From an uncultured Candidatus Saccharibacteria bacterium (GTDB lineage Bacteria > Patescibacteriota > Minisyncoccia > JACQLN01): a DNA stretch of 25,671 nucleotides. Positions 1-7,664 of this stretch are shown here, piece by piece. Positions within the stretch are counted from its first letter, which is position 1. Each line of letters starts with the position of its first letter. The stretch is from contig CAYJTN010000002.1 of the NCBI GenBank assembly GCA_964373235.1, positions 3,510 through 29,180 on the forward strand. The letters run 5' to 3'. The notes below the pieces were generated by a model that saw only the letters and a program-made list of their open reading frames with translations, searched no databases and was not told the origin of the DNA. The translations under genes were made by a program, and so were the position numbers.

Positions 1-53
1 ACTTGACGGGCCTTGCGGGCCAAAGGCGTATTCTCTCCCTTAAAAGAACCCAT
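1..53 (-). CDS. 5' part of an unidentified CDS running off the left edge (MGSFKGENTPLARKARQ...)
   Basis: ATG at 53-51 preceded by a strong SD (AAAAGGAGG, 6-nt spacer); frame open to the window edge. Confidence 0.45.
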   Translation of the reverse strand, partial: MGSFKGENTPLARKARQ

Positions 54-120
54 GATCTGCCTCCTTTTTGAGGGATTAAGTATTTTCTGACGATTATAAA
101 GAACTTGCTTAGAGCATAAC

Positions 121-1449
121 CTACAAATTCGGTTCGATCAACGCCGCAATGCGCAAGACTTCGCGGGAGTAAAAATTGCAGATGTATTTGGTGCAGTTGG
201 GACTGCCCGAAATATAGGCTTTGGCCGCGCGCAGTTCGGAGTTTTGGGTTTTAGCCGCGGCGCCGGCATCGGCCAAATACAAGGCCGCCGCCGTAAAAGC
301 GTCTTCCACTTTCCATGGATCGGGCGGATTGTGCCCCGTCAATTTAGCTACTTGAGCCTCAAAAAGCAGCCAGGTTGAGGGCAAAAACTGAGCCGGCCCC
401 ATGGCGCCGCCGCAACCATAGTTGGGCTTGCGCGAAACCGGCATGGTATCGGGGTTGTAGCCCAATTCAGAAGTTATTTGAAAAAAAGCATTCTTTTGTT
501 TTTCAGCCGAACTGCGCTTGCCCAAATTTATGTAACACTCATACAAATCCGTTCGCCAATTGCCATTGCCGGTATGACTGCCCGCTGTAATAACCCCCTC
601 CTCGTAGCGGCGTCCCGTTTCCACCTCCAGCAAACCCAATAAAAAAGCTGTTCTAATGCCAGTTCTTTTAGCCGCGAGGTCGGCGTACTTGACGGCATCC
701 TCGGCGCTAACTCCGGTGCGCTCCAAATAGTAAATCTGACTCCTGATGGCGGCAATATCTTTTTTCTTGGCGTTAATAACCTTCTGGTAATTTTCTTCCG
801 CCCCTTGGGTCAGTTTCAAAATTTTACTTTTTTCAACTTTCTTTGATTCCACATTCTGCTTTTGAATTTGCGCCAGGGCTCTTAGCGACAGCAACTCCTG
901 ACGTTTATCCTCCAACTCTTCTTTTTCTTTTTGGAGCTCGGCTTTAAGAACAGCGAGGTCATCTAGCGATTGGTTCATTTTAGTCTGCAAATCCTCAAAA
1001 GTTGAAACCTCCTGAAAAAATTCCCCCAGATCTTTCTTAACCAGCAAAATTTCTACCAAAGACAAATCGTCGCGCTTATAGACAGTGCGCAGATATTCCG
1101 AAAGCGATTTTTTTTGCTTGTCTGTTTTTATTTCCGCCTCCTTGATACTTTCTATCCTTAAAGCGATAGTATTTTCCGTCTGTCTTACCGACAAATTAAG
1201 CCCTTTTATGGTAAGCTCCGATCTTTTAATTTCATTATCTAATTTAGCAATTTCGTTTTTTAAAGATTCCTTGCGGCCCCGTATTTGAACCAATTCTTTG
1301 TCTAAACCGGCAATTTCGTTTTCTATGGCAGAAATTTGAGATTCCCATTGAGCTTTTTGCCCAGAATCTTGAGCAGAAACAAAACCTGCGCTTGCGAAAA
1401 TCAAACCAAAAACAGCGCATATAATAACAAATAAATGCTTTCTTAACAT
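121..1449 (-). CDS. Secreted peptidoglycan hydrolase: signal peptide, long coiled coil (PcsB/CwlO-like) and C-terminal lytic transglycosylase (SLT_2/MltB-like) domain
   Basis: Hydrophobic N-terminus ending VSA-Q; about 200 aa of heptad coiled coil; LLEVETG (catalytic Glu) and GAMGPAQFLPSTW transglycosylase motifs. Confidence 0.85.
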   Translation of the reverse strand: MLRKHLFVIICAVFGLIFASAGFVSAQDSGQKAQWESQISAIENEIAGLDKELVQIRGRKESLKNEIAKLDNEIKRSELTIKGLNLSVRQTENTIALRIESIKEAEIKTDKQKKSLSEYLRTVYKRDDLSLVEILLVKKDLGEFFQEVSTFEDLQTKMNQSLDDLAVLKAELQKEKEELEDKRQELLSLRALAQIQKQNVESKKVEKSKILKLTQGAEENYQKVINAKKKDIAAIRSQIYYLERTGVSAEDAVKYADLAAKRTGIRTAFLLGLLEVETGRRYEEGVITAGSHTGNGNWRTDLYECYINLGKRSSAEKQKNAFFQITSELGYNPDTMPVSRKPNYGCGGAMGPAQFLPSTWLLFEAQVAKLTGHNPPDPWKVEDAFTAAALYLADAGAAAKTQNSELRAAKAYISGSPNCTKYICNFYSREVLRIAALIEPNL

Positions 1450-1494
1450 TGGTTGTATTTTAACACGAGGATATCGGGCAGAATAGCCGATAAA

Positions 1495-2208
1495 TTACTT
1501 GTCTTCCTTTTTCTCGGATTCTTCGTCTGCTGGAATTTCTTGTTTAACCACACCTTCAACTTTAGAAACATCTTCCTCCACTTCGGTCTTTAAGGCCTCT
1601 AGTTCGGCTTCACTGCGCGGCGGCACTACCGAAGCCACAATAGTGCTAGCCTGCGCCAAAACTTTAACTCCCGCGCCAATTTTAATATCAGCCACGGTAA
1701 TATGATCTTCAAAGGTCTTGATGTCGGAAATATCAACCTCAATATTGTGGGGTAAATTTTGCGGTAAAGCTTCAACTTCCAAATGCTGGATACTGCGAAT
1801 TAAAGTGCCGCTAAGTTCTTTTACAGCTGGAGAGTCACCCACAAAATGGATGGGGACTTCGGCTTTGATTTTCTGATCCAGCCTCACCTCCAAAAAATCC
1901 ACGTGGGTGAGAAAATCTTTTACCGGATCTCTCTGCACCTCATGAATCAAAACGTGTTTAGATTTACTTGCCCTGAGTGGTTTACCCTGAGCTTTGTCGA
2001 AGGGAGTCGAAGGGTCACCTTCAACAGTCAATTCCAAAAGAGTGGTTTCGCCAGCCCGCTCCAAAGCCTTTTCCAAATCTAACCGGCCCACAGCCACGTT
2101 GGCATTTTCCATCCCGTGCCCATAGACCACGCCCGGCACCAACCCCGCCCGCCGCAACTGGTTTACACCTCCCTTTTCCCTAATTTTCGCCTGGATTTTT
2201 ATAGACAT
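1495..2208 (-). CDS. rplY: 50S ribosomal protein L25, long CTC form, with an in-frame repeat insertion
   Basis: LRRAGLVPGVVYG, EVQRDPV..HVDF, EVPIHFVG, LPQNLPHNIEVDIS motifs; acidic tail. Confidence 0.95.
   Translation of the reverse strand: MSIKIQAKIREKGGVNQLRRAGLVPGVVYGHGMENANVAVGRLDLEKALERAGETTLLELTVEGDPSTPFDKAQGKPLRASKSKHVLIHEVQRDPVKDFLTHVDFLEVRLDQKIKAEVPIHFVGDSPAVKELSGTLIRSIQHLEVEALPQNLPHNIEVDISDIKTFEDHITVADIKIGAGVKVLAQASTIVASVVPPRSEAELEALKTEVEEDVSKVEGVVKQEIPADEESEKKEDK
1966..2016. repeat. Nested palindromic element (CCCTGAG...GTCGAAGGG family) in frame within rplY
   Basis: ccctgag(1971-77)-tggttta-ccctgagctttgtcgaaggg(1985-2004)-agtcgaaggg(2005-14); encodes DPSTPFDKAQGKPLRAS. Confidence 0.8.
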
Positions 2209-2257
2209 ATTTTATTTACCTTATCCAAGTTAACATCAATATAAATAAAAATCAAAT

Positions 2258-2286
2258 AAAAAGAGAGGGGGCTATGGTCCCCTCTC
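2258..2286 (-). terminator. Intrinsic terminator of the 248-aa orphan gene
   Basis: 8-bp stem gagagggg/cccctctc (2263-70/2279-86) followed on the minus strand by a T-run. Confidence 0.7.
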
Positions 2287-2299
2287 AACCAACAGAGAA

Positions 2300-3046
2300 T
2301 CACTTTCCTTTAACAAAAACTGATCTGTCTAATATCCCTATCTCATAGCTATCTAAAACATTACCCGGACAAAGAAAAGATATTTTCTTCGCTTCAGCGA
2401 CAGCTTCAAGAAAAACAAAAGTATCTTTCAGAAAAAAGAGCTTGTTATCCTCATCATAAATAAAATGCTCGTCAAAAGACATGTCTATCTCTTTCCAGCC
2501 AAGCTTTTTGTCAAACTGTTCTAGCAACTTTATCTCTAAATTTCCAATGGGGCGATCTTCTGCAGAAACTTTGGGTAGATTTTGTATTTTTGGAGGAAGC
2601 GAGCTATAGCTCATATAAAACATCCTACCAGCAACATTTTCATCAATGAAACGTTCCTTCCATTGTGGCTTAAGTGATACCAAAATCCACTTAACATACC
2701 ATGTTGATAGAGTCATGCTCATGCTTATCCAAACTTTACAACCTGTATTTCTATCCGATGCCAAAAACTTGCGCCAGAAATGCCAATCGCGGTCATCTTC
2801 AAATTCATCATCTTCAATTAATTTAATTTCGCCAAAAATTGGAACTGGGGTATAGCCAGACTCAAAGAGCTTAACTAGGCACCACAAAGCCAGCTTATAT
2901 GAATCACTGAACTCATGGCGTTCCTTGTTGCGGACATTTCTTGAACGTGCAATGTTCTCCTCCTTTTTTCGCGCCGTCACAGCGCTAGTTAAGCCAAGGG
3001 TGGCCAGGCTTGCCATGCCTTGACGTAGGCAAAAAGAACACTCCAT
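2300..3046 (-). CDS. Hypothetical protein (248 aa), no family recognised
   Basis: Long ORF with its own consensus promoter and terminator. Confidence 0.7.
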   Translation of the reverse strand: MECSFCLRQGMASLATLGLTSAVTARKKEENIARSRNVRNKERHEFSDSYKLALWCLVKLFESGYTPVPIFGEIKLIEDDEFEDDRDWHFWRKFLASDRNTGCKVWISMSMTLSTWYVKWILVSLKPQWKERFIDENVAGRMFYMSYSSLPPKIQNLPKVSAEDRPIGNLEIKLLEQFDKKLGWKEIDMSFDEHFIYDEDNKLFFLKDTFVFLEAVAEAKKISFLCPGNVLDSYEIGILDRSVFVKGK

Positions 3047-3060
3047 CTGGAGTATTTTAC

Positions 3061-3089
3061 AGTATAAAATATTAACTTTTAATAGTCAA
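3061..3089 (-). promoter_or_regulatory. sigma70-type promoter TTGACT-17bp-TATACT for 2300..3046
   Basis: -35 at 3084-3089, -10 at 3061-3066, exact 17-bp spacer. Confidence 0.7.
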
Positions 3090-3152
3090 CAGTCTTAACT
3101 ATTGAGGGTTGCCTAATCAGCAAGCCTCTTTTTTATTTTTACCCCCCTGTCA

Positions 3153-3177
3153 GTGTCAAACATTCAATGTTTGACAC
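3153..3177. repeat. REP-like hairpin, family A, upstream of RAYT1
   Basis: gtgtcaaacat-TCA-atgtttgacac, perfect 11-bp stem. Confidence 0.9.
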
Positions 3178-3232
3178 ACAATATATGTATGATAAAATCA
3201 ATATATAATTATCACTCAAAATAATAAAATAA

Positions 3233-3895
3233 ATGAAAGCACCAATAATTGCTCCGGGCGAATACTACCATATCTATAATCGTGGAGTAGAAAAAAGGAA
3301 TATTTTTCTTAATGAGAATGATTACTGGAGATTTATGACTTTGCTTGTAATATTCCAGGGCAAAGTATATATTCCTCAAATCTCCCGTGTGGTTACCGAT
3401 GTCAAACATTCAATGTTTGACAAAGAGCTATTTATAGAAATTCTATCAAAACGTACAGTGGAATTGGTATGTTTCTGTCTGATGCCAAACCACTACCATT
3501 TTATTCTAAAAGAGATTAAGGGAGGAGGAATAATTAATTTTATGCAAAGACTAGGAGATGCCTATACAAAGTATTTTAATCTAAAATACAAAAGAACAGG
3601 TCATCTTTTGGGTGGCAGATACCAGTCCGTCCATATAAATAAAGATAATTATTTAAAGCATCTTTCATCTTACACCCATCTGAATCCTCGTGAATTAAAA
3701 CACTGGATGGGCAGAGAACATCAATACCCCTGGTCTAGTTTTCAAGACTATGTTGGCACAAATCGTTGGGGCAATTTTTTGAATCACTCTATAATTATTG
3801 AGCAATTTAGAAATAAGAAACATTATTACAACTTTGTTCTAACAAGTGAAATTAAAAGTAAGATAAAATCTGGTCTTGACTTATTTATAGATTAG
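3233..3895 (+). CDS. rayT: REP-associated tyrosine transposase (RAYT, IS200-like HUH/Y1 family), copy 1
   Basis: YYHIYNRG, MPNHYH (HUH), YFNLKYKRTGHL..GRY, YTHLNP (catalytic Tyr), YPWSS motifs; flanked by hairpins. Confidence 0.92.
   Translation: MKAPIIAPGEYYHIYNRGVEKRNIFLNENDYWRFMTLLVIFQGKVYIPQISRVVTDVKHSMFDKELFIEILSKRTVELVCFCLMPNHYHFILKEIKGGGIINFMQRLGDAYTKYFNLKYKRTGHLLGGRYQSVHINKDNYLKHLSSYTHLNPRELKHWMGREHQYPWSSFQDYVGTNRWGNFLNHSIIIEQFRNKKHYYNFVLTSEIKSKIKSGLDLFID
3400..3422. repeat. REP-like hairpin, family A, inside the RAYT1 coding sequence
   Basis: tgtcaaacattcaatgtttgaca, identical over 23 nt to the flanking copies; encodes part of DVKHSMFDK. Confidence 0.9.
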
Positions 3896-3898
3896 TCT

Positions 3899-3923
3899 AT
3901 GTCAAACATTCAATGTTTGACAT
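3899..3923. repeat. REP-like hairpin, family A, downstream of RAYT1 and abutting the fba stop
   Basis: atgtcaaacat-TCA-atgtttgacat, perfect 11-bp stem. Confidence 0.9.
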
Positions 3924-4786
3924 CAACGGGCTTTGTTTAGACTGCCAAAAAGGCGGAGTTTTTGGCGTACGAGGTCGCGCACGTTGTCTACCACTTCTTT
4001 TTCCAGACGATACAAAGCATACTCATCAGGCTGGGATTTTAAGCTTGCCTCCAATTCTTTTCTAAATAATACCCGCAATTCGGTGCTGATGTGAATATTG
4101 CTTATACCTAACGATATAGCTTTTTTAATGTCGGCGTCCGAAATTCCCGAACCAGCATGTAGAACCAAAGCCACGCCCTCCGGCACAGATTTTCTAATTT
4201 CGGCCAACCGATTAAAATCTAATCGGGGTTCGTCCAAATTGATGCCATGGACATTGCCCATGGCAATCGCCAACCGGTCTACACCGGTTCTGGCCACAAA
4301 TTCGGCCGCCTCTTCCGGATCGGTGTAATCACTCGGGCCGATCTCTATTTTTTTTCCACTTAATTGGGATTCTCCTTTCAAATATCCCAACTCACCCTCA
4401 ACCGAGATACTGCTATTTTTATTCTTGGCATATTCCACCACTTCCCTGGTTTGTTGGATGTTTTTGGATATGGACAAAACCGAACCGTCAAAATGTATGG
4501 AATCATACCCGGCCTCAATAGCATCAAATGCGACCTGGACACTTTTAGTGTGATCCGCGTTCAAAAAAATATGCGGATAATCTTGGCGATAAGCCCTAAC
4601 CAAAGCTACCGCGTTTTTTAAACCCAGCCACTCCCTTTCGCCTTCGGAAGTGCCTATCATAACCGGTGCTTGAGCTGCCTGGGCCGCCTCCACCACTGCT
4701 TTTAGCAATTCTAAATTAGAGACATTAAAATGCCCTATCGCCCAATGCTCTTTTGAAGCTTTTTTCAAAATATCATTCAATAACAT
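3923..4786 (-). CDS. fba: Class II fructose-bisphosphate (ketose-bisphosphate) aldolase
   Basis: AIGHFN, NADH, GYDSIHFDGS, VEGELG, GNVHG, VLHAGSG motifs. Confidence 0.93.
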   Translation of the reverse strand: MLLNDILKKASKEHWAIGHFNVSNLELLKAVVEAAQAAQAPVMIGTSEGEREWLGLKNAVALVRAYRQDYPHIFLNADHTKSVQVAFDAIEAGYDSIHFDGSVLSISKNIQQTREVVEYAKNKNSSISVEGELGYLKGESQLSGKKIEIGPSDYTDPEEAAEFVARTGVDRLAIAMGNVHGINLDEPRLDFNRLAEIRKSVPEGVALVLHAGSGISDADIKKAISLGISNIHISTELRVLFRKELEASLKSQPDEYALYRLEKEVVDNVRDLVRQKLRLFGSLNKAR

Positions 4787-4790
4787 AACA

Positions 4791-4896
4791 AAATCAAAAA
4801 TTAAAAATCAAACATAAAAAACACATATAAAATATTAAAAATATCTTTGATTTTTACTTTGTGTTTTTTATTTTTTATATTTGATATTTTATTTTA
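4791..4896. repeat. AT-rich imperfect palindrome built from short A-rich then T-rich units
   Basis: aaaatcaaaaattaaaaatca... mirrored by ...tttgatttttactttgtgttttttattttttatatttgatatttt. Confidence 0.55.
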
Positions 4897-4902
4897 TATA
4901 CC

Positions 4903-6165
4903 TTATAGGGTTATAAACCCCTTATCAAAATTTTCAATAATCAGCTCTTCTAGCTTGTCTTCCCCGCCGGCGTATTCGGCAAAAATTCTGGTCCACATGG
5001 CTTCACGCTGATGATAAGTCAAGCTCTCTTTTTTACCTTCCATAAAAGAAACCAGCGACATGGCGTTATCTTCTAAATCAAAGCTGACAATTTCTTCTTC
5101 TGTCTCACCAGAAAACAAACCGCCCACCCAATCCAAGTTATACCATAAACCTAAATCAACTTTCAGGCCAGACTTTTGGCCCACACCAATCAAATCGCGT
5201 TCGCCTTTGGTCCAATGCATTGATTCTGGATTAATTCTGGGCGCAAACAAACGCGGATCTTGAGGATTATCTTTAACTAAATAACGCTGGACTATCAGCC
5301 AAGAATTTTTTTGATTAATATCTGTTAATTCTTTAACATCACCTCTCAACATCGCCTTAAACTTTTGGGCAAAATCTGGGTCGGAAGAATAACGGCGGAA
5401 TAACTTTGAATAAAATTCAATCTCGTGAAAATAATGCAAAAGCAAGGCAAAATCCCGCAAAAACTTGCCGGGGATATCCATTTTTATCGGATTCAAAAAA
5501 ATAACCCCAAACTCTTTTAAGTGGCTAACATTATGATGTTTTTTTTCTACGAATTTTTTGGCAATGTCGTGCCATCTTGAACTTAAAACTTTTATCTCTA
5601 TCTCTCTTTCTTCAAAATCGCCGGCGGTAAAATTGCTGTAAGCTTCTTCAAAAGTTTGATGCATCCATTCGTCTGATTCCACGAATCTCAAAGCGCTGAA
5701 AGCCTCCAAAAGATCGCTCGATTCAAACAATTCTTCCACCGACTTATAGCCCAAGTAATTAAGCAGATTATCCGGCCGGCGTTTCAGAAAAATTTTCTTA
5801 ATATATTCCTTCTTCAGAAAAAAACCTGGGCCAATTTTAACCAGAGAGCGGGAAAGATTAGCCGCTTTTTCAAATTCATTTTCGCCCTCTACAGTGCGTA
5901 AAAAATCTAAAAATTGCGTCTCGTGATAAAAAATAGCTTTCTGCAGGGCGCCACGAATATGATCCGCCATACCCGAGCCGGACCCGGATGAAAAATCACT
6001 ACTATTTATCTTGAGCAGAGTTTCAGCCACAATGCGGTCATTCTCTTGGGATAGTTTTTCTATAATCCCGCTTTTTCCGGTGGATTGTGAAATGGCCTCA
6101 ATAAAATTGTTAAAAGTCTTCTCGGTAACACCCAGTATCTTGGCCAATTTTTGATTCGGACTCAT
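4903..6165 (-). CDS. Hypothetical protein (420 aa) between the PfkB kinase and fba
   Basis: Long ORF tightly packed in the carbohydrate cluster; His/Glu clusters HHNVSHLKE and HYFHEIE. Confidence 0.85.
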   Translation of the reverse strand: MSPNQKLAKILGVTEKTFNNFIEAISQSTGKSGIIEKLSQENDRIVAETLLKINSSDFSSGSGSGMADHIRGALQKAIFYHETQFLDFLRTVEGENEFEKAANLSRSLVKIGPGFFLKKEYIKKIFLKRRPDNLLNYLGYKSVEELFESSDLLEAFSALRFVESDEWMHQTFEEAYSNFTAGDFEEREIEIKVLSSRWHDIAKKFVEKKHHNVSHLKEFGVIFLNPIKMDIPGKFLRDFALLLHYFHEIEFYSKLFRRYSSDPDFAQKFKAMLRGDVKELTDINQKNSWLIVQRYLVKDNPQDPRLFAPRINPESMHWTKGERDLIGVGQKSGLKVDLGLWYNLDWVGGLFSGETEEEIVSFDLEDNAMSLVSFMEGKKESLTYHQREAMWTRIFAEYAGGEDKLEELIIENFDKGFITL

Positions 6166-6197
6166 TTTTCTTATTTCTTAGTTACTTAATTACCAGG

Positions 6198-7184
6198 TTA
6201 CCTAATTTCTATCTTAAGACTGCGCCATCTGGCACTATTTTCAAATTCATCTTTAGTGAGTATACCATCTTTAGCCCCTATTTTTTCCACCACGCTGGCC
6301 GCGTTGGCGCTGGCCAGCCTAATGGCATACTGAATATCATTTCTTTCTATTAAGCCTGCTACAAAACCAGAACCAAAAGCATCGCCGGCACCGGTTCTAT
6401 CTATTACCTTTTGATCCTTAAAAATTCCGGCCTCAAAAATACTTTTACCATCGGAAATCAAAGCACCTCTTGGCCCATCGGTTAACACCACTATCCCCTT
6501 AACATACTCATCTAAAGTTTCAAATATTTTATTTTCTTTTTTATAATCAAAACCTGTTAGATACGCCCCTTCTTCGTGATTCATTATCAAAACATCAACT
6601 TTTTTTAAAATATTCGCCAAACCTTTTAAACCCAGTTTGATTTGTGACTGGGACGGGTTCAGGGCCACTTTGGCTTCAGTTTCTTTTGATTTGTTTAAAA
6701 CAAGATCTAAAATTTCTAGCGGCACCGAACCGGCCACATAAAACCACTTGGCTTTTAGAGTGTGGAGATTGATATCCGAAACTTCAAAATTTTCCGAAGC
6801 GCCCCGATAAACCAAAATGGTGCGCTCGCCAGTTAGCGCCAGAATTAAAATAGCGTAAGCGGTTTTCAAACTATGATCTTCCACCACAAAACCAGTGCTC
6901 ACCCCTTCCGATTTTAAATTCGCTAAAATCTCCCGGCCCGAAACATCATTGCCGATTTTGCAAACGCAAGCGGCGCGCCAACCTTGGCGCGCGAACGTTA
7001 TCGCGGCATTGGTGGCTCCGCCACCCGTGGCAAAAATAATATCGTCCACGTCTATTTTGGCGCCCGACGGCAAACACAACCCCTCGCCCGTTAAAAATTC
7101 CGGCGAGGACAGTGTCTTAAAATCTTTACTCCTCACAAAAGCATCTCTGGTGGCCGTGCCAATGGTAATGACATCAAAACCCAT
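6198..7184 (-). CDS. PfkB/ribokinase-family carbohydrate kinase
   Basis: GGGATNAAITFARQG (PfkB signature 1) and DRTGAGDAFGSGF (signature 2). Confidence 0.93.
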   Translation of the reverse strand: MGFDVITIGTATRDAFVRSKDFKTLSSPEFLTGEGLCLPSGAKIDVDDIIFATGGGATNAAITFARQGWRAACVCKIGNDVSGREILANLKSEGVSTGFVVEDHSLKTAYAILILALTGERTILVYRGASENFEVSDINLHTLKAKWFYVAGSVPLEILDLVLNKSKETEAKVALNPSQSQIKLGLKGLANILKKVDVLIMNHEEGAYLTGFDYKKENKIFETLDEYVKGIVVLTDGPRGALISDGKSIFEAGIFKDQKVIDRTGAGDAFGSGFVAGLIERNDIQYAIRLASANAASVVEKIGAKDGILTKDEFENSARWRSLKIEIR

Positions 7185-7212
7185 TACTATAATTTTACCA
7201 GATAAAAAGAAA

Positions 7213-7244
7213 AAGGTCAGTTTTTTACATCAAAAACTGACCTT
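7213..7244 (-). terminator. Hairpin terminator after the small HExxH gene
   Basis: Perfect 13-bp stem aaggtcagttttt/aaaaactgacctt followed on the minus strand by a T-rich run. Confidence 0.65.
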
Positions 7245-7296
7245 AACATATTAAAACTCCCAGAAATAAAAAGGATTGAAGCATATGTTTCAATCC

Positions 7297-7590
7297 TTAC
7301 TTTTCCTTCCTTTTTTTGCTTTTCAGATATTTCTCTAACCACTTTCGTTCTTTCAGAGTTAAACTCCGAAACACGGCCGCTTCTCTTGCTTTGATCCATT
7401 TCTCTGAAGCCTTAGGAAAGAGACAATGCATAGCTTCGTGAACCAAGGTGAAAATGGGACTGCCGCCACGTTCAGGATCAACATGAATCTCGGATCCCCT
7501 CGCCCAGCCATAGCATCCCTGCGTACGGTGGACATTCACCTCAATCCGCCCCTGTTTCACAGCATGGAGAATAAAGGAGACGATTCTCAT
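7297..7590 (-). CDS. Small hypothetical protein (97 aa) with an HExxH zincin-like motif
   Basis: TLVHEAMHCLFP; strong SD GGAGGAGG 6 nt before the ATG. Confidence 0.7.
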   Translation of the reverse strand: MRIVSFILHAVKQGRIEVNVHRTQGCYGWARGSEIHVDPERGGSPIFTLVHEAMHCLFPKASEKWIKAREAAVFRSLTLKERKWLEKYLKSKKRKEK

Positions 7591-7664
7591 TGGCCACCTC
7601 CTCCTTGACTTTCATAACTGCCTCCTTCTTGTTAAAGAACATGAATAACTATCTTAAACTATCA

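Noticed and set aside
3153-3923. Classical IS200/IS605 element with TnpB
   Set aside because: No tnpB or IscB ORF is adjacent; protein length, the YxxxNP and YPWSS motifs and the flanking hairpins fit RAYT.
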